This document shows positions 9,851 to 21,635 of a stretch of DNA of 64,000 nucleotides, in pieces. The notes below the pieces were generated by a model that worked only from the letters and a program-made list of their open reading frames with translations, was not told the origin of the DNA and made no database searches. Positions within the stretch are counted from its first letter, which is position 1. Each line of letters opens with the position of its first letter. Position numbers and translations under genes: made by a program. The DNA is from an uncultured Clostridia bacterium (GTDB lineage: Bacteria > Bacillota > Clostridia > TANB77 > CAG-508). The stretch spans positions 9,354 to 73,353 of the forward strand of contig CALXFJ010000002.1 of NCBI GenBank assembly GCA_944387565.1, given 5' to 3'.

Positions 9851-11044
9851 ATGAGTAACAAAAAAGTAGGAAAAGAAGAAAATAGAAAAGGAATAACACT
9901 TATAGTTCTTGTGATTACAATAATTGTTCTTTTAATTTTAGCAGGTGTTTCAATTTCAATGTTAACGAGCCACAATGGAATACTTACTCAAGCACAAAAT
10001 GCTAAAAATAGAACAGAAGAAGCACAAGAAAATGAAGCAAATGCATTAATAAGCTATGAACAAATCATAAATGCTAGTACAGGAGTGAATCTAGGAACGA
10101 TAACAGGAACGGAAACAAGCAATACAGTAGCACAAGATAGTTTAGGTAATAGAGTAGTAGTGCCAGCAGGATTTACAGTAGAAAACCCAAATGATAATGT
10201 AGAAGATGGAATAATAATAGTAGATTCAGATAAAAGTAGAGTAACATATGGAAGCGAATTTGTATGGATTCCTGTAGGAGAAAACATAAAAAAGAAAGAT
10301 AAAACAACATTTGATATAAAATTAGGAAGATATGTATATAAAGAAGATGGAACGATAGATATAACTTTATCAAAAACAGAACCAACAGGCCAATTAAGAA
10401 ATAGTTTAGCAGATTCAATTTATTATACAGAAGGGCTAAAAGATACTCCCACAACAAATACACATGCAAAAGATATAGAGGCATTTATATCAAAAGTAAA
10501 AACAACAGGAGGATATTATATAGCAAGATATGAGGCAAGGACAAAAGCTGAAAGAACAGCTCCAACTAACGATGAAGGATTAACACAGTTAACAGTAAAA
10601 CCAGATGAATATGTATATAATTTTGTAACACAGCCACAAGCAGCAAGTTTAAGTCGAAATATGTATGTAGGTACTAATTTTACAAGTGACTTAATGAATA
10701 GTTATACATGGGACACAACTATAGACTTTTTACAAAAATGTGACGATAGAGAGGGAGAAAATAAAACACCATATTCAAGACAAACTTCTTTATATGGTGG
10801 TATGGCTGAAAAAGGAACTATTGGAACAGATAAAGAAGATAAGATATGTAATATATATGATATGGCAAGGAACTGTTATGAATGGTCAACAGAAACATCT
10901 AGTAACGGTGAATGGCTTTGTGTAGCTAGAGGGGGTTGCTATAACGATGGCAATAATACTACATCTTTTCGATACGGAACAGGAATATCATATAGTAATA
11001 TATACGGTGCTGGTGTTACCTTCCGTCCAATTTTATATTTATAA
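9851..11044 (+). CDS. membrane-anchored FGE-sulfatase (SUMF1/DUF323)-domain protein with pilin-like hydrophobic N-terminus
   Basis: The N-terminus KGITLIVLVITIIVLLILAG resembles a prepilin-type segment but lacks Glu at position +5. The C-terminal region (YIARYEAR ... YEWS ... ARGGCY ... FRYG ... GVTFRPIL) matches the conserved FGE-domain blocks. It is a paralog of the gene at 40926. Confidence 0.55.
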   Translation: MSNKKVGKEENRKGITLIVLVITIIVLLILAGVSISMLTSHNGILTQAQNAKNRTEEAQENEANALISYEQIINASTGVNLGTITGTETSNTVAQDSLGNRVVVPAGFTVENPNDNVEDGIIIVDSDKSRVTYGSEFVWIPVGENIKKKDKTTFDIKLGRYVYKEDGTIDITLSKTEPTGQLRNSLADSIYYTEGLKDTPTTNTHAKDIEAFISKVKTTGGYYIARYEARTKAERTAPTNDEGLTQLTVKPDEYVYNFVTQPQAASLSRNMYVGTNFTSDLMNSYTWDTTIDFLQKCDDREGENKTPYSRQTSLYGGMAEKGTIGTDKEDKICNIYDMARNCYEWSTETSSNGEWLCVARGGCYNDGNNTTSFRYGTGISYSNIYGAGVTFRPILYL

Positions 11045-11205
11045 TTTTAAAGGAAAAGCTAGTATCTTTCCTTTAAAATTTATAAAAACTGTTGTAAAAA
11101 CTATTGATAAGTGATAAACTAATAATAGATTGAAAAAAAACCGAATTTTTTGGTGGATTTTTAATCTTTTTTCTTTGGTTTTATTTTTTTTAGAAAGGGG
11201 AAAAA

Positions 11206-12813
11206 ATGAATACAAAATATATATTTGTAACAGGTGGAGTAGTATCAGGATTGGGAAAGGGAATAACAGCAGCATCTTTAGGAAGATTATTAAAAAATAG
11301 AGGATATAAGGTAACAATACAAAAATTTGACCCTTATATAAATGTAGACCCAGGAACAATGAATCCATATGAACATGGAGAAGTGTTTGTAACAGATGAT
11401 GGAGCAGAAACAGACTTAGACTTAGGTCATTATGAAAGATTTATAGATGAGAATTTAACAAATAATTCTAGTGTAACAATGGGAAAAGTATACTCAACTG
11501 TAATTGAAAAAGAAAGAAAAGGAGAATACTTAGGAAAAACAGTACAAGTAATACCACATATAACAAATGAGATAAAGAAAAGAATATATGGTTTTGAAAA
11601 TACTGACACAGATATAGTAATAACAGAAGTTGGAGGAACAGTAGGAGATATAGAAGGATTATCAATAATAGAGGCAATAAGACAAGTAGGATTAGAAAAA
11701 AATCCAGAAGATGTTGTATATATACATGTAACATTACTTCCATATATACATGGTTCTAATGAAATAAAATCAAAGCCAACTCAACATTCTGTAAAAGAAT
11801 TACAAAGTTTGGGAATAAAACCAGATATATTAGTATGTAGAACAGAACAAGATATACCAGATAGTGTAAGAGAAAAATTATCTCTATTTTGTAATGTAAG
11901 AAAATCAAGTGTAATACAAAATAAAACAGCAGATTGTTTATATGCTGTACCTCTAATGTTAGAAGAAGAAGGACTAGCAAGAGAAGTTTGTAATCATTTA
12001 AAATTAGATAGATATATACCAGATAATACAAAATGGCAAGAAATGACAGAAAATATAAGGAAAATAGATAAAAATAAAATTGTAAAAATTGCAATAGTTG
12101 GTAAATATATAAAATTAGAAGATTCTTATATATCAGTAATAGAAAGTTTACATCATGCAGGTTTTGCAAACAATGTAAATGTAGAAATAGATTTAGTAGA
12201 TGCAGAAAAAATAAATAATGAAAATGCAGAAGAAATCTTATCAAAATATGATGGTATAGTAGTGCCAGGAGGTTTTGGAAATAGAGGAATAGAAGGAAAA
12301 ATAGCGACTATAAAATATGCAAGAGAAAATAAAGTTCCATTTTTAGGAATATGTTTAGGTATGCAAATGGCAGTTGTAGAATTTGCAAGAGATGTATTAG
12401 GTTTAGAAGATGCGAATTCAGCGGAATTTGATAAAAATACTAAAAATCCAGTAATACATATAATGGAAGAACAAAAAAATATAGATAAAAAAGGTGGAAC
12501 AATGAGATTAGGAGCTTATCCTTGCATTGTAAAAGAAGGAAGTTTAGCAAATAAAGTTTATGGTAAAAAAGAAATATCAGAAAGACATAGACATAGATAT
12601 GAATTTAATAATGACTATAGAGAAAATTTAGAAAATGCGGGATTACATATTTCAGGGACATCACCAGATGGTAAATTAGTAGAGATAGTAGAAATAGAAG
12701 ACCATCCATATTTCATAGCAGGACAATTTCATCCAGAGTTAAAATCAAGACCAAACAGGCCTGCACCATTATTTACAGGATTAGTAAAAGCAGCAGTTGA
12801 TAAAAAATATTAA
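11206..12813 (+). CDS. pyrG: CTP synthase
   Basis: 535 aa with an N-terminal synthetase domain and a C-terminal glutamine amidotransferase domain (GICLGMQ). Confidence 0.95.
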   Translation: MNTKYIFVTGGVVSGLGKGITAASLGRLLKNRGYKVTIQKFDPYINVDPGTMNPYEHGEVFVTDDGAETDLDLGHYERFIDENLTNNSSVTMGKVYSTVIEKERKGEYLGKTVQVIPHITNEIKKRIYGFENTDTDIVITEVGGTVGDIEGLSIIEAIRQVGLEKNPEDVVYIHVTLLPYIHGSNEIKSKPTQHSVKELQSLGIKPDILVCRTEQDIPDSVREKLSLFCNVRKSSVIQNKTADCLYAVPLMLEEEGLAREVCNHLKLDRYIPDNTKWQEMTENIRKIDKNKIVKIAIVGKYIKLEDSYISVIESLHHAGFANNVNVEIDLVDAEKINNENAEEILSKYDGIVVPGGFGNRGIEGKIATIKYARENKVPFLGICLGMQMAVVEFARDVLGLEDANSAEFDKNTKNPVIHIMEEQKNIDKKGGTMRLGAYPCIVKEGSLANKVYGKKEISERHRHRYEFNNDYRENLENAGLHISGTSPDGKLVEIVEIEDHPYFIAGQFHPELKSRPNRPAPLFTGLVKAAVDKKY

Positions 12814-12883
12814 AAATTTTAAAATAGCTATTGACAAATTTATAAAAAACCTTTATAATCTATAATTGTCAGGAGGAAAAAAT

Positions 12884-12957
<74 letters not shown>

Positions 12958-12984
12958 CAAATCCTGACAATTATAATTTATTTT

Positions 12985-13058
<74 letters not shown>

Positions 13059-13242
13059 AAGATTACTCTCATAGAATTCTAAAATAATTAGTTTAAGAAT
13101 TTTATGAGAGTTTTTCGTAAACAGTAGAAAATTTAATGGCTAGAAAAGTCTATTATTTTCACCAGATAAATCGAATTAATATGTGTACGGCCTAAAATTT
13201 ATGTAAATAATAAAAAACTACTAATAAATTTTTTTATAAAAA

Positions 13243-14274
13243 TTAATCAAAATTAAAATCTAAATATACATAATTATTCATATCATAAGAAAGATTTTTA
13301 TCAATCATATTTTTAGCAATCTTACAACATTTAGAAATTCTTTTACCATTAAATAGAGGGTCAATATACCTAATCTTAGCTCCATGATGAACAAAGTATA
13401 CATCTTTAGGTTCTTCTTTTGAAACTTTAATTTTCGTAGCATTTCTCCAAATATTAAATATATTATTATATTTAGAATTTTCTATAATATTAATAACATC
13501 ACTTTCTTTTAATTCATATAAATCTCTTATAGAAATCTTATTTTCATTATTTAATCTTTTCAAAATATCAGCAATTAGTTGCATAGAATACCTAGTTCTA
13601 TCCTCACGATAGATAATAGATAGTTTACTTGTAACTTTAACAAAAACTCTAGCAATTTTTTTAGTCTTAAAACCTAATTCAATTTCATTTTCTTCATTTT
13701 TTTGAATTTCAATATTATCATATATTTCTTTAATAGAATTAAAATCTAATAAATTATAAGTAAATAAAGCATTTGATAAAGAATACTCTAATCTATCAGC
13801 AGATAATTTAGGAGTATCGTTATCAGCAATAGGATAAATATGATAATTATTTATTTCAGAAATATCAATATTATCTCTTTTTAATAAATTCATAATTTCC
13901 TTAGAATTTCTAATAATATCTGTTGTTAAATCTTCAGTTGATTCTTGTACCATATAATCTCCATTTAAGAAATCTATGCAGTGTTTAAATACAGGAGTTG
14001 ATATGTCATGAAATAAACCAGCTAAAGTTTGTTTTTTATCATGGGTAAAATGCCATACAATTAAAGCAACTGCAACAGAATGGTCTAAACTTGAAAAGAA
14101 AAAGTTGCTTTCAAATAATTTAGAATATATAGTACCACAAGTAACACTAATATATGATTGTGATAGTAATTCTTTTGTATTTATATATTCATTTAACCAT
14201 TCAGGAAAATTAGGTTCTAAAATATTTAAATAATCTTTAATTTCTTGTTTTATATTATTAAAATAATTCTTCAA
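13243..14274 (-). CDS. HD-domain phosphohydrolase family protein
   Basis: 343 aa with an H...HD metal-binding motif (GLFHDISTP). Confidence 0.6.
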   Translation of the reverse strand: MKNYFNNIKQEIKDYLNILEPNFPEWLNEYINTKELLSQSYISVTCGTIYSKLFESNFFFSSLDHSVAVALIVWHFTHDKKQTLAGLFHDISTPVFKHCIDFLNGDYMVQESTEDLTTDIIRNSKEIMNLLKRDNIDISEINNYHIYPIADNDTPKLSADRLEYSLSNALFTYNLLDFNSIKEIYDNIEIQKNEENEIELGFKTKKIARVFVKVTSKLSIIYREDRTRYSMQLIADILKRLNNENKISIRDLYELKESDVINIIENSKYNNIFNIWRNATKIKVSKEEPKDVYFVHHGAKIRYIDPLFNGKRISKCCKIAKNMIDKNLSYDMNNYVYLDFNFD

Positions 14275-14433
14275 TTTATTTACCTTCTTTTATTTATATT
14301 TTTACTAAAAATATTATACTATAAGAAAAAAGAAATTTATATAAATATAAACTATTTATAAAAAATTATTGAAGAAAAAAATAAGATGTGATTATAAGAA
14401 AGACATAAAAGAAAGAATTTAGGAGGTCTTGAT

Positions 14434-15387
14434 ATGAAAAAACAAGAAATAACATTAAAAAATACAAAAGCAGAAATATTGGAAGCATTAAATGAAGCAT
14501 TAGAAAGGGAAAAGAATATACAACAAGTAAAATATGAACCAGAAAAAGAAGAAAAAACTCAAAAAGAAAAACAAGCAATAGAAGAAACAAGAGAAAATGT
14601 AGAACAAAAAATATTTTCAGAAGAATTAAATAATAAATTTATAAGTTTAGAAACAGCAATAAAAGCAGAAGAAGAAAAACTAAAAGAATTATATGGAATA
14701 GAAAAAGAATTAAGTAATTTAGTAGTTGTTGTAAATGCAGGAAAAGATTATGTTGCTAAATTAAACAGTGAAAAAGAAGAAAAAGAAAAAGAGATAAATA
14801 CTAATATAGAATTATTAGAAGAAGAGTATCAAGCCAAAAAAGAAGAATTACAAAAAGAATATGATTTAAAAGCTAAAAACCTAAAAATGGAAAGAGAAAG
14901 AGAAGCAGAAGAATATAACTACAAAACAAAAAGAGAAAGAGAAATAAGCAATAATAATTGGGAAGATGAAAAATTAAAAAGAGAAAAGATTTTATCAGAA
15001 AAAGAACAAAAAGCAGAAGAATTATTAAAAGAAGCAGAAGAGAAAACAGAACATATAAAAGAACTAGAAGAAAAGGTAGAAAAAATACCAGAACTTTTAT
15101 CAAATGAATATGAAAAAGGAAAGCAAGAAGCAACAGAAGAAATAAAAAAGGAAAATAAATATGCAACAGAATTATTAAAAAAAGACTATCAAAATACAAT
15201 TGATAGACAAAAAGACAAAATAGAATCTTTAACAGAAGAATTAAATAAATCTAATGAAGAAAAAGAATCTTTGCAAACTAAACTAGACCAAGCATATACA
15301 CAAATTAAAGAAATGGCAACAAAAACTGTTGAGGCAACAGGAGGAGTAAAAATATTAGGAAATAATGCAAATGATAATAATAAATAA
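14434..15387 (+). CDS. Lys/Glu-rich coiled-coil protein of unknown function
   Basis: 317 aa, almost entirely K/E heptad-like sequence, with a strong RBS (aggagg). Confidence 0.5.
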   Translation: MKKQEITLKNTKAEILEALNEALEREKNIQQVKYEPEKEEKTQKEKQAIEETRENVEQKIFSEELNNKFISLETAIKAEEEKLKELYGIEKELSNLVVVVNAGKDYVAKLNSEKEEKEKEINTNIELLEEEYQAKKEELQKEYDLKAKNLKMEREREAEEYNYKTKREREISNNNWEDEKLKREKILSEKEQKAEELLKEAEEKTEHIKELEEKVEKIPELLSNEYEKGKQEATEEIKKENKYATELLKKDYQNTIDRQKDKIESLTEELNKSNEEKESLQTKLDQAYTQIKEMATKTVEATGGVKILGNNANDNNK

Positions 15388-15543
15388 CTTAAATAGAGTA
15401 TGTAAGGTAAAACTTATATACTCTATTTGCATTTCTATTATTAAAAAATTGTTTTAAAACTACTAATATGCTTGTAAAATTTTGCAATTTAGTGTAAAAT
15501 ACGTTTAGATTGTAAATAATAATTAGGAGGATTGATTAAAAAG

Positions 15544-16599
15544 ATGAGATTCGTGACAGATGAACAATCGAAAAAAGAATATAAAGAATTTTTAGAAAAT
15601 CATGAAAGATGTAACTTTCAACAATCATTAGAATGGGCTGATGTAAAAAAGCCTAATTGGAAGCCAGAAGTGGTTTTAGCAGAAGATGAAGAAGGAAATA
15701 TTGTAGGCTCAATATGTGTATGGATACGTAAAATGCCTATATTTGGTAATATGATGTATTCACCAAGGGGACCAGTTTGTGATATAGATGATATAGCAAT
15801 AATGAAACAATTAACAGATGGAATAATAGAACTTGGAAAAAAATATAATGCATTTGTATTTAGAAACGAACCAGATATATTAAGTTCAGACCAAAACTAT
15901 AGAGAAATAGTAACAAATTTAGGATATAAAATAAAAGACAATGCAAAAGATTTTAAAGATGAAATACAACCAAGATATGTATTTCGTTTAGATATAAAAG
16001 ATAAAACAGAAGAAGAAGTAATGGCTGGGTTTAAACAAAAATGGAGATATAATATACGTTTAGCCGGAAGAAAAGGAGTAACAGTAAAAGAAGGGACAAA
16101 AGAAGATTTAAAAGATTTTTATAATATTATGGTAGAAACAGGAAAAAGAGATGGATTTATAATAAGACCATTAGAATATTTTGAAAAAATGTATGATTGC
16201 TTAGGTGACCATATGAAAGTTTTAATGGCATATTATGAAGGAAAACCAATATCAGGGGTAATACCAATATTTTATGGAAATAAAACATGGTATTTATATG
16301 GAGCAAGTAGTAATGAACATAGAAACTTAATGCCAAACTATCTATTACAATGGGAAATGATAAAAATGGCAATAGCAAGACATGATGATATATATGACTT
16401 TAGAGGAGTATCAGGAGTAGTAGATGAAAACCATCCACAATATGGATTATATAGATTTAAACAAGGATTTGGAGCAACATTTACAGAGTTTATAGGAGAA
16501 GTATATTATCCATTTAAACCATTAACTTATAAATTATATAAATTTTCAGAAAAAGCATTCAGAACACTTCGCGAAATAAAGAGAAAAATCTTAAAATAG
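15544..16599 (+). CDS. FemAB-family peptidoglycan interpeptide-bridge aminoacyltransferase
   Basis: About 350 aa FemABX fold (GNAT-like duplicated domains). The start is placed at the ATG at 15544, and an alternative TTG lies at 15532. Confidence 0.7.
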   Translation: MRFVTDEQSKKEYKEFLENHERCNFQQSLEWADVKKPNWKPEVVLAEDEEGNIVGSICVWIRKMPIFGNMMYSPRGPVCDIDDIAIMKQLTDGIIELGKKYNAFVFRNEPDILSSDQNYREIVTNLGYKIKDNAKDFKDEIQPRYVFRLDIKDKTEEEVMAGFKQKWRYNIRLAGRKGVTVKEGTKEDLKDFYNIMVETGKRDGFIIRPLEYFEKMYDCLGDHMKVLMAYYEGKPISGVIPIFYGNKTWYLYGASSNEHRNLMPNYLLQWEMIKMAIARHDDIYDFRGVSGVVDENHPQYGLYRFKQGFGATFTEFIGEVYYPFKPLTYKLYKFSEKAFRTLREIKRKILK

Positions 16600-16612
16600 G
16601 GAGAAATAACAT

Positions 16613-17734
16613 TTGAATACCTTAGTAATAAATAAAGAAGACTTAAGTAATAATATAAAAAACATAAAAAAATATTTATCTAAAAGCGGTGTAGATGATA
16701 ACGGAAATCCTGTAAAGATAATTGCAGTGGTGAAGGCAAATGGATATGGATTAGGAATAGTAGAATATACTAAATTTCTAATAAGTCAAGGAATATCCTT
16801 TTTTGCTGTGTCAACAATAGAAGAAGCACTAACTTTAAGACAAGCAGGTATTGAAGAAAAAATACTTATGCTTTCACCAATAGCAATAGAAAGTGAAGTA
16901 AGAAAATTAATAGAAAACAATATCATATTAACAATAGGTTCTAAAGAAGATGCTAAGATAGTAGAAAAAATAGGAAAAGAATTAGATAAAAAAATAAGAG
17001 TACATTTAAAAATAGATACAGGATTTGGTAGATACGGATTTGTTTATTCTAAAAGAGATGAAATGGTAGAAGTTCTAAAAGGATTACAATATGTACAAAT
17101 AGAAGGAACATTCACACATTTTTCAGTAAGCTTTTATGATGATAAATATACAAAAAAACAATTTGATAGATTTTTAGATGTAATAGCAATATTAAAATTA
17201 AACGAAATAGAAACAGGAATTTTACATGTATGTAATTCAGCAGCATTTTTAAAATATCCATATATGCATTTAAATGCTGTAAGAATAGGTTCTGCTATTC
17301 TTGGAAGATTACCATTTAAAAGTATAATAAATCTTAAAAAAATAGGATATTTAGAAACATGTGTAACTGAAATAAAAGAATTACCAAAAGGATTTAATAT
17401 AGGATATTCAAATAGTTATAAAACAAAAAAAGAAACCAAAATAGCAATCTTACCATGCGGGTATATGACAGGAATAAATATGGAACTTGGAAGGGATATG
17501 TTTAGATTTATAGATAAAATAAGATACTTATATAATGATATAAAATTATTCTTTAAAAAACAATATAAAACTATCCAAATAAAAAATAAGCCATGTAGAA
17601 TCTTAGGAAGAATAGGAGCATATCATGTTATTTGTGATATAACAAATAAAGACATAGAAATAGGAGATAAGGCAAAGATAGAAATAAATCCAATGTTTAT
17701 TGATTCTAATGTAAGAAGGGAGTACAAAGAATAA
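16613..17734 (+). CDS. alr: alanine racemase
   Basis: PLP-lysine motif VVKANGYGLG and a C-terminal HVCNSAA...VRIGSAILG block, with a TTG start behind an agggag RBS. Confidence 0.75.
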   Translation: MNTLVINKEDLSNNIKNIKKYLSKSGVDDNGNPVKIIAVVKANGYGLGIVEYTKFLISQGISFFAVSTIEEALTLRQAGIEEKILMLSPIAIESEVRKLIENNIILTIGSKEDAKIVEKIGKELDKKIRVHLKIDTGFGRYGFVYSKRDEMVEVLKGLQYVQIEGTFTHFSVSFYDDKYTKKQFDRFLDVIAILKLNEIETGILHVCNSAAFLKYPYMHLNAVRIGSAILGRLPFKSIINLKKIGYLETCVTEIKELPKGFNIGYSNSYKTKKETKIAILPCGYMTGINMELGRDMFRFIDKIRYLYNDIKLFFKKQYKTIQIKNKPCRILGRIGAYHVICDITNKDIEIGDKAKIEINPMFIDSNVRREYKE

Positions 17735-18834
17735 TGGATGAGGAGAATACAAAAGTAGAAAATTCTAATAATCAAAAAGAAAATAAAAATGATGAAAATC
17801 CAAAAAAAGATGGGTTTTTTAAAAATGTTTGGATGTCAATTACTAAAATAGAAAAGTATCCAGATATGGCAGCAAGAGGTGTAGGAAAAGCAATTAGTTA
17901 TTTAGCAAAAATAGTAGCAATTTTTGCTATAATTCTTTGCTTAGGAATGTTATATCAAACACATAATTTGTTAAAACAAGGGATAGACTATTTACAAAAC
18001 AACTTTCCTGACTTTTCTTATAAAGACGGAATATTAGACGTATCTTCAGATAAGGTTGTGCAAATATCTGCAGAAGATTCAGTGATTGGAGAGGTAATAG
18101 TAGACACAAAAACTGAAGATGAAGCACAAATAAATCAATATACAACTCAAGTAGAAAATGCTGGTGGAGGAATTATTGTTTTAAAAGATAGAGTAATAAT
18201 AAAAAATGCTTCAGTTGCGGGTATAGTTAGTTATCAATATAAAGATACTTTAGAATCAATGGGAATAACAGAACTTAATAAGCAAGATGTAATTAATTAT
18301 GCAAATAGTAGTAGTATAATCTCATTATATGTAAGTGTATTTATAACAATGTTTGTATATGCATTTATAATATATTTTATAACAACACTTTCAAATGCAA
18401 TTTTATTAAGTTTCTTTGGATTTATAACAACATGGCTTGCTAGAATAAAGATGAGATATGTTGCAATATTTAATATGTCAGTATATGCCTTAACATTATC
18501 TGTTATTTTAAATATGTTATATATAGCGGTAAATATATTTATACCATTTACAATGGAATACTTCCAAGTAATGTATGTTGCAGTAGCAGCAATATATTTG
18601 GTTGCAGCAATTATGATATTAAAAACTGATTTTATGAAAAAACAAATCGAGTTAATGAAAATAGCAGAAGCACAAGAAATGGTAAAAAAAGAATTAGAAG
18701 AAAGAGAAAGAAAACAAAAAGAAGAAAAAGAAAGAGAAGATAGAAGAAGAAAAGATAAAGAAGAGGAAGAAAAAAAGAAAAAAGAGCAAGGACAAGAAGA
18801 AAATGATACAGGAGGAGAACCTCAAGGCGTATAG
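17734..18834 (+). CDS. DUF1189-like polytopic membrane protein with highly charged K/E/R C-terminal tail
   Basis: Multi-pass membrane core followed by an EERERKQKEEKEREDRRRKDKEEEE tail. Its start overlaps the alr stop. Confidence 0.5.
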   Translation: MDEENTKVENSNNQKENKNDENPKKDGFFKNVWMSITKIEKYPDMAARGVGKAISYLAKIVAIFAIILCLGMLYQTHNLLKQGIDYLQNNFPDFSYKDGILDVSSDKVVQISAEDSVIGEVIVDTKTEDEAQINQYTTQVENAGGGIIVLKDRVIIKNASVAGIVSYQYKDTLESMGITELNKQDVINYANSSSIISLYVSVFITMFVYAFIIYFITTLSNAILLSFFGFITTWLARIKMRYVAIFNMSVYALTLSVILNMLYIAVNIFIPFTMEYFQVMYVAVAAIYLVAAIMILKTDFMKKQIELMKIAEAQEMVKKELEERERKQKEEKEREDRRRKDKEEEEKKKKEQGQEENDTGGEPQGV

Positions 18835-18861
18835 AGAATAAAAGAGGAAAAAGGAGGAAAA

Positions 18862-20676
18862 ATGAGCAAAGACAATAGAAATAGTAAAGAAAACAAAAAG
18901 GAAAAGCAAAATAAAAGATTATGGACCATATTAATATCATTAATTATATTATTGGTAGCACTAATAGGTCTTAGTATATATCTAATGCAAAATAAAGAAA
19001 AAGAAGATGAAAATACATTAGCATATACAGATTTAATAAAAGAAATATCAGCTGGTAATATCGAGAAAATAGAAATGCAAACTGGAAGTACAACAGTAAA
19101 GGTAAAAATAAGAAATGAGGAAGAAGAAAAAACAGCAATTGTACCAAATACAGAGAGTTTTATAACATTAGTGCAAAGTAAAGTAGAAGAAGGAAATGAA
19201 ATAGAATTAATACAAAAGCCACGTAGTTTCATATCACAAATACCAAGTTTTATAATATCATTTTTACCAACAGCTATAATGCTTGCATTATTTATAATGA
19301 TATTTAAAATGCAAGGACTTAGTGAAAAAGGAAAAGTATATGATGAAACTGAAAGAAAAACAAAAATCACATTTGATGATGTAGCAGGCTTAGATGAAGA
19401 AAAAGAAGAAATGAAAGAAATAGTTGATTTCTTAAAGAAACCAGAAAAATATACTAAAATGGGAGCTAGAGTTCCAAAAGGAGTTTTACTATATGGAAAA
19501 CCAGGAACAGGAAAAACTTTAATAGCTAAAGCAATTGCTGGAGAAGCAGATGTACCATTTATTTCAATGAGTGGTTCTGAATTTATAGAAATGTTTGCAG
19601 GACTGGGAGCATCTAGAGTTAGAAAATTATTTGAAAAAGCAAGAAAACTAGCTCCATGTATTGTATTTATTGATGAAATAGATGCAATTGGTTCAAGAAG
19701 AACATCAAATAGTGGAGCAGAAACAGAAAATAACCAAACATTAAATCAATTACTAGTTGAAATGGATGGATTTGGTTCAGAAGAAACAATAATAGTATTA
19801 GCAGCAACAAATAGACCAGAAATGCTTGATAAAGCACTTTTAAGGCCGGGAAGATTTGATAGAAGAATAACAATACCGACACCGGATTTAAAAGGAAGAT
19901 TAGAAATATTAAAAATTCATAGCAAAGATAAAAGATTAGCAGAAGATGTTAACTTAGAAAGTATTGCAGAAGATACAGCTGGATTTACTGGTGCAGAACT
20001 TGAAAATATTCTAAATGAAGCGGCAATAGTTGCAACTAAGAATAAACATGAAGATATTGAAAATGAAGATATAGAAGAAGCGGTAAAGAAAGTAACAGTT
20101 GGTCTAGAAAAGAGAGAAAGAAAATATTCAGAAAAAGATAAGAGATTAACAGCTTACCATGAAGCAGGACATGCTGTAGTAAGTAGGTATTTACCAACAC
20201 AGACTAATGTAAAAGAAATATCAATAATACCAAGAGGTGTTGCTGGTGGCTACACAATGTATAAATCTGATGAAGATAAATACTATATATCAAAAACAGA
20301 AATGGAGGAAAAATTGGTGGCATTACTTGGTGGTAGAGCAGCAGAAAAATTAGTTTTAAATGATATATCAACAGGAGCAAGTAATGATATTGAAGTAGCA
20401 ACTAAAATTGCTAGAGATATGGTAACTAAATATGGAATGAGTGACAATTTAGGTCCAATAGATTTTCAAGGAAAAGAACCATATGAAATGCAAATATTTG
20501 GAGAAAATATTGGGGATAAAATAGGATTAGAAGTTAAAGAATTAATTAATACAGCATATAATAGAGCAATATCTTTATTACAAGAACATAGAGATAAATT
20601 AGACGCTATTGCTGAAGAGTTATTAAAACATGAAAAAATAAATGAAGAAAAATTTGATGAGTTTTTCAGAGAATAA
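18862..20676 (+). CDS. ftsH: ATP-dependent zinc metalloprotease FtsH
   Basis: AAA+ Walker A GPPGTGKT, the second region of homology, and an HEAGH zinc site, 604 aa in total. Confidence 0.95.
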   Translation: MSKDNRNSKENKKEKQNKRLWTILISLIILLVALIGLSIYLMQNKEKEDENTLAYTDLIKEISAGNIEKIEMQTGSTTVKVKIRNEEEEKTAIVPNTESFITLVQSKVEEGNEIELIQKPRSFISQIPSFIISFLPTAIMLALFIMIFKMQGLSEKGKVYDETERKTKITFDDVAGLDEEKEEMKEIVDFLKKPEKYTKMGARVPKGVLLYGKPGTGKTLIAKAIAGEADVPFISMSGSEFIEMFAGLGASRVRKLFEKARKLAPCIVFIDEIDAIGSRRTSNSGAETENNQTLNQLLVEMDGFGSEETIIVLAATNRPEMLDKALLRPGRFDRRITIPTPDLKGRLEILKIHSKDKRLAEDVNLESIAEDTAGFTGAELENILNEAAIVATKNKHEDIENEDIEEAVKKVTVGLEKRERKYSEKDKRLTAYHEAGHAVVSRYLPTQTNVKEISIIPRGVAGGYTMYKSDEDKYYISKTEMEEKLVALLGGRAAEKLVLNDISTGASNDIEVATKIARDMVTKYGMSDNLGPIDFQGKEPYEMQIFGENIGDKIGLEVKELINTAYNRAISLLQEHRDKLDAIAEELLKHEKINEEKFDEFFRE

Positions 20677-20775
20677 ATTAAGAAGAGTGGTTAAAAAATC
20701 ACTCTTTTAAATTTTATATAGAATTTATTATAATTTTGTGATATGATAATTATGGTTTTTGGTGGAGGTGAGGTT

Positions 20776-21621
20776 ATGACAATAAGAGAAACAATAAGAA
20801 AAGGAATGATAATGCTAAAAAATAGTAACGTAACAGAGCCAAATATAAAAGCAAGACTAATAATGCAATATGTATTAAACAAACCAAGAGAATATTTATT
20901 AGTCTATGATAAAGAAATATTAATGCTAAGGCAAGAAGTAAACTATTTTAAAGCAATAAAAAAACTATGTCAAGGAATACCAATTCAACACATAACACAT
21001 AGACAAGAATTTATGAAAATGACATTCTATGTAGATGAAAATGTATTAATACCAAGACAAGATACAGAAATCTTAGTAGAAGAAGTAATTAAAATAGCTA
21101 AGAAAATAAATGCAAAGAAAATATTAGACTTATGCACAGGAAGTGGAGCAATAGCTATATCTCTTGCTAAATACATAGAAAATAGTGAAATAACAGCAGT
21201 AGATATTTCAAGTAAAGCTTTAAATATAGCAAAAATAAATAGTAAAAACAACAATGTAGAAAATCAAATAACATTTATAGAATCTGACTTGTATAAAAAC
21301 TTACCAAAAGAAAAATATGATATAATTGTTTCAAATCCACCATATATAAAAAAAGAAATAATAAAAAAATTAGATAAAGAAGTGCAAAAAGAACCTAAAT
21401 TAGCTTTAGATGGAGGATATGATGGATTAGACTTTTATAGAAAAATAGTTAGTAAAGCGGATGAATACTTAAAATTCCATGGGTATTTATGCTTAGAAAT
21501 AGGTTATGACCAAAAAGAAGAAGTAGAAGAAATAATAAGTAAGCAAGAAAAATATATAGACACATATTGTAAAAAAGACTTATGTGATAATGATAGAGTA
21601 ATAGTAACAAAACTAAATTAA
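20776..21621 (+). CDS. prmC: release factor glutamine methyltransferase PrmC (HemK)
   Basis: Class I SAM methyltransferase with an NPPY motif (VSNPPYI). The ggaggtgagg RBS precedes the ATG at 20776. Confidence 0.8.
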   Translation: MTIRETIRKGMIMLKNSNVTEPNIKARLIMQYVLNKPREYLLVYDKEILMLRQEVNYFKAIKKLCQGIPIQHITHRQEFMKMTFYVDENVLIPRQDTEILVEEVIKIAKKINAKKILDLCTGSGAIAISLAKYIENSEITAVDISSKALNIAKINSKNNNVENQITFIESDLYKNLPKEKYDIIVSNPPYIKKEIIKKLDKEVQKEPKLALDGGYDGLDFYRKIVSKADEYLKFHGYLCLEIGYDQKEEVEEIISKQEKYIDTYCKKDLCDNDRVIVTKLN

Positions 21622-21635
21622 GAAGGGAGAAGAAT

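Noticed and set aside
9851-9960. Calling the N-termini of the two FGE-domain proteins genuine type IV prepilin signals (competence pseudopilins).
   Set aside because: The segment resembles G-[FI]-T-L-I but has Val/Ser rather than the conserved Glu at +5, and no pil or com operon is nearby. It is described only as pilin-like or a membrane anchor.
18650-18840. Apparent tandem AAG/GAA repeat tract (possible microsatellite or CRISPR-like periodicity).
   Set aside because: It is in frame, encoding the Lys/Glu/Arg-rich tail of the DUF1189 protein. There are no regular repeat-spacer units, and no CRISPR array exists anywhere in the window.
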